From a virus: DNA of 64,000 bases. Both the position numbers and the translations under genes were made by a program. Of the stretch, positions 38,098 to 48,449 are shown one piece after another. The stretch spans positions 1-64,000 of the IMG/VR virus record IMGVR_UViG_3300042922_000827; one strand, given 5' to 3'. Every line of letters starts with the position of its first letter. Within the stretch, counting starts at the first letter, position 1. The notes beneath the pieces were generated by a model, which worked only from the letters and a program-made list of their open reading frames with translations, was not told where the DNA came from and searched no databases.

Positions 38098-39684
38098 TCA
38101 GATTAATAAAGTAAATAATAACATTTCTTCGCAGATAATCTCTGGAGGAGTACATTCTACTTTAATTCCATTGAGATCATCATTGTATGGGTCTATATTT
38201 CTGAACTCCGATGCTAAGATTTGAGCAATATTTTTAAATAATATTTGCTCTTGAATTTTTTCATTCCTATACTTAGCCACAACTTTAGGGAAGTTATCTG
38301 ATAGCATCATTCTCTGTAGGATTTTTTTGTTTACTGTTTTTCTAGTAACAAAGCGGCTAATTCTCCCACCAAGAACAAATGGCAATAGAGTTTGTCCTTC
38401 TCTTATTAATTTTCTTTTAGCAGCTATCATAAGAATTATATAATCCCTATTATTTATAAGTTTAACGGCTTGAGTGTCGCAAAAATTGTTTAAAAATATA
38501 TATGATATTAGATTGCTTTGGAATTCGTTCTTTAGAGGCTTCCCATCAATCGTAAGCTCTTTCCTATAAAATTCTATTTCTTCTTCTGAAAATGGACCGA
38601 ACTCTTGAATGATATTCCTCATTGTGGTTTCGCAATTTACATTAGTTTGAATAAGCATAGCTTCATCTTGTTTAGCCATATGAGCTTCAAACTTATCGCT
38701 TTCACTATTATTATCATCATCGCGATTTGATGACGATACTGTAATTAATGCAAATTCATATGGGATATCAGTAATCTTATATTTAATATCCCGCATAATA
38801 GCATCAAAGTTAAAATGAATGATATTTTTAGAATATGTGTACTTTGGAATTATCTGCATGATGATATCTTCCAACGTATACATAGAATGTACGGTTGGAT
38901 TTCTACCTCTTATGTCTTGCATGTCAAAGAGAACAATATTGTTATTACGACTTTTATTTACATTTGTAAATGTAGTTTCTAAGAGTTTAGATATCATATC
39001 TACGTTATACTTATGCACTATCATAACAAAGATACGATCAAAGGATCTTAGTAAAATTCTCTTAACTTCTTGAGGTGAAACGTTTCTTGTATAGATATAA
39101 TGTGATACTAATGGTATTATAATATTTTGCATCATTGAGATTTCCATTAATATCATTGCATGGAAATCTGTATATTCCAAGCATGGGTTTTTATTATTCC
39201 TATAACTTAAATGGATATTGTAGTTATCTCGATTCATGCACCCTATATTATAATGCAATATAGGAGATGCCATATGATCTATGAGATATCTAACCAAGTC
39301 GTTGATAAAATTGTCTTCACCGTAGCCTTCTTGATAATCAATGTAGTACTTCAATCTGGCATAGATATAGAGTAACCTATGATCTCTGTCATAAAACTTT
39401 TCGAAATAATTTAGATACGTAGTATTGTGTTCTCTGAATCCTATTATTACTTTGTCTTCGTTTGTTTTTGGATCTTTCTTAAGTTTTGTGTCGCTGTTGT
39501 AGCAACGCTTAGGAGCCATCATAAAATAATTAATTCCACTGTTTTCTGGCATCCCATAAACAGATGCTATATTTGCAATTATAGCACCTCTTGTGTGAGA
39601 AAACACACAATCTTCTGGTTCCATCTCCCACTCATCTACGGATACGAATTTAGGTATAGTACATCTCTCCGCTATAGTTTTCAA
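38098..39684 (-). CDS. Probable non-virion RNAP promoter-specificity (sigma-like) subunit, AR9 gp226-like
   Basis: 528 aa, early promoter 39750-39761, two genes from the chaperonin as in AR9 gp226/gp228; no direct motif match. Confidence 0.5.
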   Translation of the reverse strand: MKTIAERCTIPKFVSVDEWEMEPEDCVFSHTRGAIIANIASVYGMPENSGINYFMMAPKRCYNSDTKLKKDPKTNEDKVIIGFREHNTTYLNYFEKFYDRDHRLLYIYARLKYYIDYQEGYGEDNFINDLVRYLIDHMASPILHYNIGCMNRDNYNIHLSYRNNKNPCLEYTDFHAMILMEISMMQNIIIPLVSHYIYTRNVSPQEVKRILLRSFDRIFVMIVHKYNVDMISKLLETTFTNVNKSRNNNIVLFDMQDIRGRNPTVHSMYTLEDIIMQIIPKYTYSKNIIHFNFDAIMRDIKYKITDIPYEFALITVSSSNRDDDNNSESDKFEAHMAKQDEAMLIQTNVNCETTMRNIIQEFGPFSEEEIEFYRKELTIDGKPLKNEFQSNLISYIFLNNFCDTQAVKLINNRDYIILMIAAKRKLIREGQTLLPFVLGGRISRFVTRKTVNKKILQRMMLSDNFPKVVAKYRNEKIQEQILFKNIAQILASEFRNIDPYNDDLNGIKVECTPPEIICEEMLLFTLLI

Positions 39685-39762
39685 GTAAATTTCCCCCTAA
39701 TCTCATAAAACAAAATTATTATATCCTAATATTTTTCATCTCTCATAGATATAATATATAAT

Positions 39763-40548
39763 TTACTTTCGGTTTGTTGTTTTAGTATGCTTAGTAGTTT
39801 TTATAGTTTTTATCATACTAGTTTTCTTATTAACAACAGTATTAGATACACTTTTTGTGGCTCTCTTCCCAGCATTAGAACCAGTATCAGATACATTACC
39901 TTTGGGGTTTCCTTTTCTTCTGGCTTTGTTTTCCTTTTCTTGCTGCTCTCCTTTTATCTGACGATCTTCCACTTTCTTGTCAGCATTTTCTACAAATGCC
40001 AATAAATTTCTAGCTACATATTTAACCCCCTCTGCTGCCCATATAGGTTTTTTATCTAAACCCCTAAGTTTAATAAAAAGATACGCAAAATATAAAGATT
40101 TGACATAACCAACAACATTTTTGGGATTTCTTATATCTGCCCCATCTTTCAATGCCCTTTTACTCATTTTGGGTTTAAGATCATCTATGAATAATTTATT
40201 CTGTGCAAACGAATATGCATATGTAAATACGAAAGCAGGATCATTTGAAAAGAACTTGACTTCGTAGTTTTTTAAACTGTTTTCTAACTCTATTGTAGCA
40301 TCGTTTGTTGTAAACTCTATGATCACATCGTAGTAGAATTTACTAACAAGCTCTGATGGTATTTTGATATGAATAAGATAGCGTCTATCGCTATCTTTAT
40401 ATAATCTATAATTAATAGTTCCAGCTTCTCTGGCTATAACAGCATCGAATTTTTTAGTATAAATTTCTTTAAATAATTCCCTTTGACTATAAACTGCATT
40501 ATTCTTACCCATAGGGTTTTTGATATATTCTTCTAAAGTCATAATCAT
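39763..40548 (-). CDS. Hypothetical protein, basic tail
   Basis: 261 aa. Confidence 0.6.
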   Translation of the reverse strand: MIMTLEEYIKNPMGKNNAVYSQRELFKEIYTKKFDAVIAREAGTINYRLYKDSDRRYLIHIKIPSELVSKFYYDVIIEFTTNDATIELENSLKNYEVKFFSNDPAFVFTYAYSFAQNKLFIDDLKPKMSKRALKDGADIRNPKNVVGYVKSLYFAYLFIKLRGLDKKPIWAAEGVKYVARNLLAFVENADKKVEDRQIKGEQQEKENKARRKGNPKGNVSDTGSNAGKRATKSVSNTVVNKKTSMIKTIKTTKHTKTTNRK

Positions 40549-40610
40549 TACTTTCTCCCCCTATTCATTTTTATTAATAATAGTTAAAATTCCCCCTTTA
40601 AATGTTATAA

Positions 40611-40648
40611 TATATTAAGGCTACTGCATAGACAGTAGCCTTAATATA
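40611..40648. terminator. Terminator hairpin
   Basis: TATATTAAGGCTACTG-cataga-CAGTAGCCTTAATATA. Confidence 0.8.
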
Positions 40649-40684
40649 ACCTTTTTAATTAAATGTAATAGATGATATTATTTT

Positions 40685-42442
40685 TTATTCTGGGTCGATA
40701 TAAACATTATACTCTGGAGCTTCGCACAAATATTGATTTGTGCTAAACACCAATCCAATGATCTTAGATATAGCATCTAAAATAACTTGATCCGATTTGA
40801 TAGAGCTTAATACATTTCCATCAAATTCTTCAGTTCTGATATTGAATGGTGTTTCATTCATAATGCACCGCAATGTTAAATTAATAGCGTTGGCTTTATT
40901 ACCACCACAATATGCTAAGTATAGTGAAGAGATAAGCTCGGCATATGCACTATTGAGTACAGCATAAATATTAAACTTTTCATTAGATTTCATTTTTTCA
41001 AAATCTTCTTCGGTATAATCTTTTACTGACTCTTTTTCTAATTGATTGAATGCTCGGAACCCTTCAAAATTAGCACCAAATCCATATCCGTCTTTTGCAG
41101 CACTACGGCAATTTAATACAGCATCTTCTACAAGATCTTTTAATGCATCTCGATCAGTCATAGAAATACCACCAACTAAGTAATCAACCATATTGGCTTT
41201 GAGAGAATTGATTCTCCTTTTAAGGATGCCAATTTTAGTAATTTCTTCTTTTGTTGATTCGTAGTTTTCCAGCATCGAATAAAGACCATTAATAAGCTCG
41301 TTATACACGTCGCTTTTAGTTCCGTCTTCATTATGCATAAGCTTAGGATTGACAACTTTAGTTTTCATATTATCCGATTCGATAAGTTCGGCTTCTCCGG
41401 CAAATTCATGAAGATTTTGTGGAGTTGCTGCGAGACCGGCAGAAATATCAATTTGCTGTAACTTAGGATCAATATATTTCTTAATCAATTTAGCACCACT
41501 AAGGCGAGCCAAGTCTACAAGAAGATCCCCCTTAAATATATTTGTTACAATAGAAAATGGAGGTCTATTTTCGGCTGGCATAGATGCTAATTGCCCAATT
41601 AAAGAATCTACCATAGCATCCATATCATTTCCTAATTCTGGGCAGAAAACAACTGTTGGGACTAATTTGGCTCCAGCTGCATGTCCTTCTTCAGATGATG
41701 GAAAGAAAACATTTTGGTATATAATTTGATCTAAGAAAGCCCGCATTTCTGGAGTATTAATTTCTCCATCGAATACATAAACTTTAGCATTACGAATAGA
41801 AGAAATTTTTCTTGAGCTATCTGTAATAAATGCTGGATCAGAATACCCGCTATCGAAAGTTAATCCATCATAAACTTTCTGAACATTATGTATAGAATTA
41901 GAAACTCCAACGTCTATAAATACATCCATACCATGCTCGGCATAAATATTTTTAATATTTGCTGCCACCTCAGTATTTCCATTTGTAGCGATCATAGCAA
42001 TACGATAAATATCATCGATTGTCGTTTCTTTCTTATTTGCTTCTATAATTTTGATTGCTTCGCCTACAGCATTCTGTAGCTGGCTGATCAATTCATTGTC
42101 ACTAATAGCATATTTTTTGCTCGCTTCTACAAGCGCATTAAAAATAATAGCAGAAAGTATAATAGCAGAAGTAGTACCATCGCCCACTTCAACTACGATT
42201 CTTCTAGTAATATCCTCTAGATCGTCACGCATCGTATATTCAATAGGTCTATTAAATTTAATAGATCCTAAAATAGTATGACCATCTTTAGAATATTTTG
42301 TTAAAGCGCCTTTTTGTCTAATAGCAGTAACAGATCCTGTTGGACCGAAAGAGTTTATTAATGAATTTGAAATGATTTCTAGAGCTTTCTGCTGTGCTTC
42401 TCTTACCTTGTGTTTTGGAACGATATTTGTATAAACTGTCAT
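40685..42442 (-). CDS. groEL: Phage GroEL-like chaperonin
   Basis: SFGPTG, SKDGHTI, VGDGTTSA, EDAVLNCRSA..DG. Confidence 0.9.
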   Translation of the reverse strand: MTVYTNIVPKHKVREAQQKALEIISNSLINSFGPTGSVTAIRQKGALTKYSKDGHTILGSIKFNRPIEYTMRDDLEDITRRIVVEVGDGTTSAIILSAIIFNALVEASKKYAISDNELISQLQNAVGEAIKIIEANKKETTIDDIYRIAMIATNGNTEVAANIKNIYAEHGMDVFIDVGVSNSIHNVQKVYDGLTFDSGYSDPAFITDSSRKISSIRNAKVYVFDGEINTPEMRAFLDQIIYQNVFFPSSEEGHAAGAKLVPTVVFCPELGNDMDAMVDSLIGQLASMPAENRPPFSIVTNIFKGDLLVDLARLSGAKLIKKYIDPKLQQIDISAGLAATPQNLHEFAGEAELIESDNMKTKVVNPKLMHNEDGTKSDVYNELINGLYSMLENYESTKEEITKIGILKRRINSLKANMVDYLVGGISMTDRDALKDLVEDAVLNCRSAAKDGYGFGANFEGFRAFNQLEKESVKDYTEEDFEKMKSNEKFNIYAVLNSAYAELISSLYLAYCGGNKANAINLTLRCIMNETPFNIRTEEFDGNVLSSIKSDQVILDAISKIIGLVFSTNQYLCEAPEYNVYIDPE

Positions 42443-43092
42443 TTTTGTTCTCCCCCTATTTTTGGTAAAGTTAGTCCTACATATGGGTCAACTGTACGTA
42501 CTTTATTAGAACCGGAAACGGCTAATATAACTTTCTTTGGTAATCCGCTAACTTCATCTATATTGTGCATATAGTTTAGTAGAAATATATACTTGCCACC
42601 CATGTTCTTATATTGTACGACTTGCTCCACATATTTTAGAAATAGACAATTGTAGGTAGTCATATCAGTTTCATTTATTATAGCTACGATAGAACTATCT
42701 AAATCATTAATATACTGTTTTTGCATTTGATTTTTACAACTAATAAAGTTTCTAATAATACCATCAGAAGATTCTAAAGTTTTTGCAAATTTTAAAATAT
42801 CATTTGGTTTGCAGTAAGTTAAAATTTCTTCCATATGTTTAGCTTCCAGGTCTTTTAACATATCATCTGCACTACTGATATATTCTTCCTTGAGTAATAT
42901 TGTAATAGGATTGGCTAATTTTCTAGCCAGCAACAAATTCCTTTTTACATTTTCACTACTAGCATTAACTACGAACTGATTAAAGTATATTGATTTCTTG
43001 TATTTTGAAATCATATAATTTATAATACCGAGATCAATATCTACTACAGATTCAAAAGCTAATAAGTTTGAGAAAGAATACTCCCTTTCCAT
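42439..43092 (-). CDS. Hypothetical protein (possibly degenerate HAD fold)
   Basis: N-terminal LLAFESVVDID loosely resembles HAD motif I. Confidence 0.45.
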   Translation of the reverse strand: MEREYSFSNLLAFESVVDIDLGIINYMISKYKKSIYFNQFVVNASSENVKRNLLLARKLANPITILLKEEYISSADDMLKDLEAKHMEEILTYCKPNDILKFAKTLESSDGIIRNFISCKNQMQKQYINDLDSSIVAIINETDMTTYNCLFLKYVEQVVQYKNMGGKYIFLLNYMHNIDEVSGLPKKVILAVSGSNKVRTVDPYVGLTLPKIGGEQK

Positions 43093-43195
43093 TTTTATCC
43101 CCCTCTAATTTTTATTTAACAATATTTTCCATTAAGAAACTAATTAAAAAAATACAGACGTATCTTTTTTAGATACGTCTGTATAATTTGATTTA

Positions 43196-43972
43196 TTAAT
43201 CTTCGTCCATAATATCACTAATAGTGCTGGAAGAAGATTTGTTAGCCCCTGCGCCTTTATTAGCGAAATAACTAGAACCGCTGCTTTTTGATGATTTTTG
43301 AGTATACAGTTCAACACCAACACCTGATGCTATTTTAGCCAAACTTTCATTTGTGCGATTTTGTGAAAATGATAAGTTGTCAACAACACTGAATGCCACA
43401 GCTCCAGTCATTGCATTATAATAGTTTTCAAGCATTGTAATTACTTGTAAAATTTCTAAGTTTTGAAATGAATCATAGTCACTAGAAAAATCACCAGTTT
43501 TTTCATCGAATTTTTCAATAGCGCAATGATAATTACGCTTAAATTCATAAGCGTAAGAACTTTCCACTTGACCGCTTTCACCAATTTTTCTAATAATTAA
43601 GCATGGAGCATTTTTACCAAACTCTTCTCCTGTAGAAACAGTAATAAGACCTTGTCCAGCCCATGTTCCGCGTTGATTGAATGCTTTTGGATCTTTAACA
43701 AAACCTTTAAGAGTTTCAGCAAAGATGCGTGCTTTTGAATGGTTTAAGTAAATTGTTGCTGCTGCTTTTGTATCCCATTTGATATTTTCATCTTTATTAG
43801 CCGTTTCAATTTTAGGAGAGATAGCAAGTTTAAGAGTACCTTTCCACATTGAATGGGATAAATTTGTTACATCGATCTCACTTTCAGTATTACTCATTGA
43901 ATACCCATATACAGTTGGACGATATTGATCCTTTTCTTTTTCACCATTATTATTGTAGCTTCCTAATGCCAT
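43196..43972 (-). CDS. Hypothetical protein, possible ssDNA-binding protein
   Basis: 258 aa; Ser-rich linker and acidic tail DIMDED; TACA-N6-TA at 44019-44030. Confidence 0.4.
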   Translation of the reverse strand: MALGSYNNNGEKEKDQYRPTVYGYSMSNTESEIDVTNLSHSMWKGTLKLAISPKIETANKDENIKWDTKAAATIYLNHSKARIFAETLKGFVKDPKAFNQRGTWAGQGLITVSTGEEFGKNAPCLIIRKIGESGQVESSYAYEFKRNYHCAIEKFDEKTGDFSSDYDSFQNLEILQVITMLENYYNAMTGAVAFSVVDNLSFSQNRTNESLAKIASGVGVELYTQKSSKSSGSSYFANKGAGANKSSSSTISDIMDED

Positions 43973-44085
43973 TATGACATCCTCCTTTAAATTAAATAAA
44001 TTTAATTATAGTATTGATTATAAAAATGTATGTGTTATAATCAAAAGCTAATAAGGGACATAGCCTTAGCTATGTCCCTTATTGA

Positions 44086-45240
44086 TTAATTATCAAATCC
44101 ATAATTTACATAAAGTCTTGTTTTATTCTGATAGATTTTATTTTTTGATATAGTGCCGCGCAAATTATTATATTTATTATACAAATCCATCCAACGTTTG
44201 TAGGCTACTCTATCTAATTCTTCTGAAGTTAAGAAATCATCAATTACAGCCATACGGGAATTAATCTGGTGAATCAACAATACAGCATCGTCTTGTGTTT
44301 CCATATTGTTTACATTGAATTCGATTTCATAAAAATCATCTTCATAACCTTTAATGCCGTTAAGTTTCATCTTATTCGCATTGCGTTTAAATACCTGCAC
44401 AATATCGTCAATAAAACTTTCCGATATAAGAACATCATCGTCTATTCTTTCTAATCGACGAATGATATTGCTCATTTCTTTGCGTTCTAATTTAGATGCA
44501 GTAATTTCCATTCCTTTATTGAGAGTATGAATAGCAGCAATACGATTATGTAGTACGTCTTTATATAACCGCATTACCCAAGATAATACAACGACCTTAT
44601 TATCAATAGGACTATTTACATTATACCCATTGCATGATATTTTACTCATTGCACTTTTCAACAAATCTGAATTACCGCAATCTATATCAAACTGATCTAC
44701 GATTTCGTTTTCTTCAGCTTCAAATATAGATGTAACTTTACGCAATGCATCTCTAATACCATAAGAAAGAATTTCTATATAGTGTATAGAATCTGTAAGT
44801 TTGATAGTTTCATTGCGCTGCAAAAGATAATTATCAATATTATTTTTTACTAACTCCATTGGAGTAGAATCTGTAACTAGATGAGAAACCTCATGTAATA
44901 TGATAGCAGATATCTCTTTATATGACAATGCCATACCAGCATCAAATAGTTTTGAATCTAATTCCAAATAGTACTCAGAAACAATATACTTATCGTCATT
45001 TTGAATGATACCGATAACATTCTTAGCTGGTATTATAGGCATTGCACATACTCCAAAAAACATTTTATCAGTATTTTCAGTATAGATTACTTGTTTGCAT
45101 CCATTACCAAATAAACGATTTAATGAATTTTTTGTCTCATTAAGTATATTTGAATTTTGTTGTCGTAAAAGAACTTCTATACATGAATCAAAATCTGAAA
45201 TATCGTTACGCAGTTTTTCACTAATAGCCATTGAATACAC
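44086..45240 (-). CDS. Probable head protein with HExxH motif
   Basis: ILHEVSHL; LISES putative cleavage site; directly downstream of the capsid gene. Confidence 0.5.
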   Translation of the reverse strand: MYSMAISEKLRNDISDFDSCIEVLLRQQNSNILNETKNSLNRLFGNGCKQVIYTENTDKMFFGVCAMPIIPAKNVIGIIQNDDKYIVSEYYLELDSKLFDAGMALSYKEISAIILHEVSHLVTDSTPMELVKNNIDNYLLQRNETIKLTDSIHYIEILSYGIRDALRKVTSIFEAEENEIVDQFDIDCGNSDLLKSAMSKISCNGYNVNSPIDNKVVVLSWVMRLYKDVLHNRIAAIHTLNKGMEITASKLERKEMSNIIRRLERIDDDVLISESFIDDIVQVFKRNANKMKLNGIKGYEDDFYEIEFNVNNMETQDDAVLLIHQINSRMAVIDDFLTSEELDRVAYKRWMDLYNKYNNLRGTISKNKIYQNKTRLYVNYGFDN

Positions 45241-45256
45241 CTCCTTATTTACTAAA

Positions 45257-45292
45257 AAATATAGACCTACAGATATCTGTAGGTCTATATTT
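45257..45292. terminator. 36-bp perfect palindrome after capsid gene
   Basis: AAATATAGACCTACAGATATCTGTAGGTCTATATTT. Confidence 0.8.
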
Positions 45293-45301
45293 AAATTTTA
45301 A

Positions 45302-47131
45302 TTATGGTTTGATCGCACCATTAATTGCACTAGCATATGTTACACCGTTTGCAGTATAGTCATTTGCAGCACTAACACCAATTGGATCTGCATTATTAAT
45401 ATCTTCACGAAGACCAGTTGGGTTCATGATCTGAATACGTCCTTGTACAGGTTGGTATTCCAAGAACATCCAGCGTTCGAAGCAAGTAATACCAGGCAAC
45501 TGATAGTTGGTAGTATCACGAATTTCGTTTGAGATGTATAATTGATAATCAACAATTTTGTACATTACCCTTTGGCTGTTGCGAGGAGTAAGAATAACAA
45601 TTAAATTGTTGTTATTACGCATCTTTTGGCTAGAAATGAATTGGTATACACGTTTCTCGCCAGTAACAATGGTCTTTTTGTAATCAAGCTCAATTGGACC
45701 AATGTTAGATGGGCTAGAGTAGCTATAATCGCGAGGAGTGATTTTCTTAATCAACTCTGGGCGACCAAATACAGTTACTGACATGTTTTCATCGTTAAGA
45801 ACATTTAACATGTAAGTTACTTGAGTATCCAAATAATCCATAAAGGTTTCTTGTCTCCATGATACATGAGAACCCATGTAAGAACCTTGAGGAGGAATGA
45901 AGTCAAATGCTCCACTAATTTTCTGAGTTGAAGGTAATTTTAAGAAAGATTTATCAAGCTCATCATGAATAGTGTCATCTTTATAATGCATCAAACCTAA
46001 ACGCATTTGGCTCATGATTTTAGTAATTTGATTTACGTTATAAAGTGCAGTGACATCTTTTACTTCTTCGGGAGATACTGTGGTTGTCATGTGCGGTGCT
46101 TCTGGAACTTCGAAGATATCCGTACGAGCACTCCATTTTGTTCTGCAAGTTGGGAATGCAGCAGATGATACATCGACTACAGCATTAAGACGAACAGCTT
46201 TAACATCAGCCGTGTTCATGCAAGTAATCATAAATTTATTTTTCTTTACATAGCCGCTAATGATACCTTTAACAATTTTTGTGTTAGTAGCATCAGTTTT
46301 TGCAACTACTGTAAAAGAAGCCATGATAGAGCGATCGAATTCACCATAAGATGGAACGAATTTCAAATCCCCTACATTAAACAATACTGGTTTTACACCG
46401 GCTCCGCCAGCTTCTACAGTATCAATAGTTTTGGTTGTTGTATTGTAATACTTCTCACCGACTGCAACGTAGCTATCAATAAGAACTGCATTGATACAAG
46501 TTTTAATACTTAAATTAGCATTGCTAATTCCGAATTCATCTTTTAAAATATCAAGAGATTCGTTTTCTGGAAGAGTAATGATAATATCTTTTGTTGGGAC
46601 ACTATTTTTAATAGCATCTTTGATTTTGTACTGTTCCAAGAACATATCGATTTCTTCTCCGTCTGGAGTAACAAGAGTTCTTGTTTCCATAGTTAAAGTA
46701 AACTTAGGAGATTTAGTGATATCTTTTGGCATCGATTGATCAAAAACAGCATTCATCAAAAGATTTTTATGCATAGGGAAAGTAATACCAATAACAGGAT
46801 TGAATGCTCCTAAAGGTGCATTTTCAGATATTGCCTTACGGTCATTAAGATATAATTCCCCAAGATCTGCTTCAAGTTGAGCAATGTCTTCTGCATCTTG
46901 ATACCTAGGATCTTTAGGATCGTAAGCCTCTTTAATGAAAAGTTTCCTCATCTCATCGTTTGTGGCATTTTTTTGAAAGAACATTGAAGGTTGTTCGTAT
47001 AAACTAACACCCGATTCGCTTATAGCGCTTTTTGCAATGTCTAAGAACTGCTCGGCTAATTTATACATTGAATCTTTTCTATAACCTTTTGACGCTGCCA
47101 AAGGGTTTTCGCGTTCACCTACAGCTGGCAT
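45302..47131 (-). CDS. Major capsid protein precursor
   Basis: 609 aa; propeptide with ISES/ISEN sites; capsid-like segments (VTVFGRPELIKKI, terminal PVQGRIQI); own late promoter 47210-47221 and terminator. Confidence 0.75.
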   Translation of the reverse strand: MPAVGERENPLAASKGYRKDSMYKLAEQFLDIAKSAISESGVSLYEQPSMFFQKNATNDEMRKLFIKEAYDPKDPRYQDAEDIAQLEADLGELYLNDRKAISENAPLGAFNPVIGITFPMHKNLLMNAVFDQSMPKDITKSPKFTLTMETRTLVTPDGEEIDMFLEQYKIKDAIKNSVPTKDIIITLPENESLDILKDEFGISNANLSIKTCINAVLIDSYVAVGEKYYNTTTKTIDTVEAGGAGVKPVLFNVGDLKFVPSYGEFDRSIMASFTVVAKTDATNTKIVKGIISGYVKKNKFMITCMNTADVKAVRLNAVVDVSSAAFPTCRTKWSARTDIFEVPEAPHMTTTVSPEEVKDVTALYNVNQITKIMSQMRLGLMHYKDDTIHDELDKSFLKLPSTQKISGAFDFIPPQGSYMGSHVSWRQETFMDYLDTQVTYMLNVLNDENMSVTVFGRPELIKKITPRDYSYSSPSNIGPIELDYKKTIVTGEKRVYQFISSQKMRNNNNLIVILTPRNSQRVMYKIVDYQLYISNEIRDTTNYQLPGITCFERWMFLEYQPVQGRIQIMNPTGLREDINNADPIGVSAANDYTANGVTYASAINGAIKP

Positions 47132-47250
47132 AATATATTTCCTCCTTAATGAAAATTATAATTTTTATTTTTGGTTTATTATATTTTAACCTAATCAGGT
47201 TTAAATATTTACTATATTGTTATATTTAGCAGATACTATTCAATTAAAAT

Positions 47251-48435
47251 TCATTTCTTATTTTTGCCCAATTCTTCTAAAATATTGGTAAGAGTTGAGA
47301 AGATTGCCATGTGCCGTTGTAGTATTATTTGATTCTCCACGTAGCTTCTGGTGTCATAAGACTGAATTAGAGAGTCTCTTACGAGGTCTTTTAACTCTAA
47401 AAGCTTCCTCGTAACAAATTCGATGGGTCTGATATTGTCTTCGACTCTGTTTACTTTAGAGAGACGATCTATACATTTCTCTATATTTGCATAGAGAGAA
47501 ACAAACTGAGTTTTTAATTCTGTTTGTTTAATTTCTATTTGTTCTGGAGACATATTAGAGAACAATTCTGTCTCCATTTGTTTTATCTCGTCGTCTCCTT
47601 CGCCTCCACCTTGAACATCGTCTCCAGTACCTGTTCCATCATCTCCATCCCGCTCATCTCCGTAGTTAGGGGTAGAATCATCGTCACCTTCACCGGTTCC
47701 GCCATCTACATTTGGGTCGCTGCCTGTACCATCATCACCATCTGTTCCTCCTCCATCTACAGTTCCATCATCTCCACCTGGGTTGTCGTCGCCATAGTTA
47801 GGGGTTAGATCGTCGTCACCTCCACCAGTTCCACCATCTGTATTTGGATCATCGTTATTATCTAACCCAGAATCCAAATTCCCACCAGTATTATCATCTC
47901 CTGCTCCATTATCTCCAGGAGTTCCTGCATTTGTAGTATTATCGTTTCCATCGTCTAGATTATCATCACCGTAGTTAGGAGTTAAATCATCATCACCTTC
48001 TTCTCCTGTAGTAGTATCATCAGGATTGGAAGGGGCTCCATCTGTTCCGACTACTTCATTTGCATCTGGATTGTCTGTAGTATAGTTGGGAGTTGTATCA
48101 TCTTGGCTGTCTTCTCCTCCATCTATATGCTCTGTACCTGTAGGAGCAGGAGTATTTTGGTTATCTATATTATCATTTGCGCCATCTTGATCATCATCAG
48201 TATAGTTAGCTGTGTCGTTTTTATCATCTTCTGTATCTAACGATTTTCCATTAGCAATGATTTCTTCATTTACACTGCTTCTATATTCTGGATCTATTCG
48301 CATTCTTTCTTTAATGGAACGAAGTTTACTTAACCATCTTTTATCATTTTGCTGTTCAGCTATAGCGATATATTTATTCAATAGTGTATCTTTACTATAA
48401 TCTTCATTCAGTACGAATTTATTAAAATCAAACAC
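47251..48435 (-). CDS. Acidic repeat protein, probable scaffold/core
   Basis: Five DDxTPNY(G/T)D-type repeats in a D/G-rich linker; helical C-terminus; upstream of capsid. Confidence 0.55.
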   Translation of the reverse strand: MFDFNKFVLNEDYSKDTLLNKYIAIAEQQNDKRWLSKLRSIKERMRIDPEYRSSVNEEIIANGKSLDTEDDKNDTANYTDDDQDGANDNIDNQNTPAPTGTEHIDGGEDSQDDTTPNYTTDNPDANEVVGTDGAPSNPDDTTTGEEGDDDLTPNYGDDNLDDGNDNTTNAGTPGDNGAGDDNTGGNLDSGLDNNDDPNTDGGTGGGDDDLTPNYGDDNPGGDDGTVDGGGTDGDDGTGSDPNVDGGTGEGDDDSTPNYGDERDGDDGTGTGDDVQGGGEGDDEIKQMETELFSNMSPEQIEIKQTELKTQFVSLYANIEKCIDRLSKVNRVEDNIRPIEFVTRKLLELKDLVRDSLIQSYDTRSYVENQIILQRHMAIFSTLTNILEELGKNKK

Positions 48436-48449
48436 ATTTATACCTCCTT

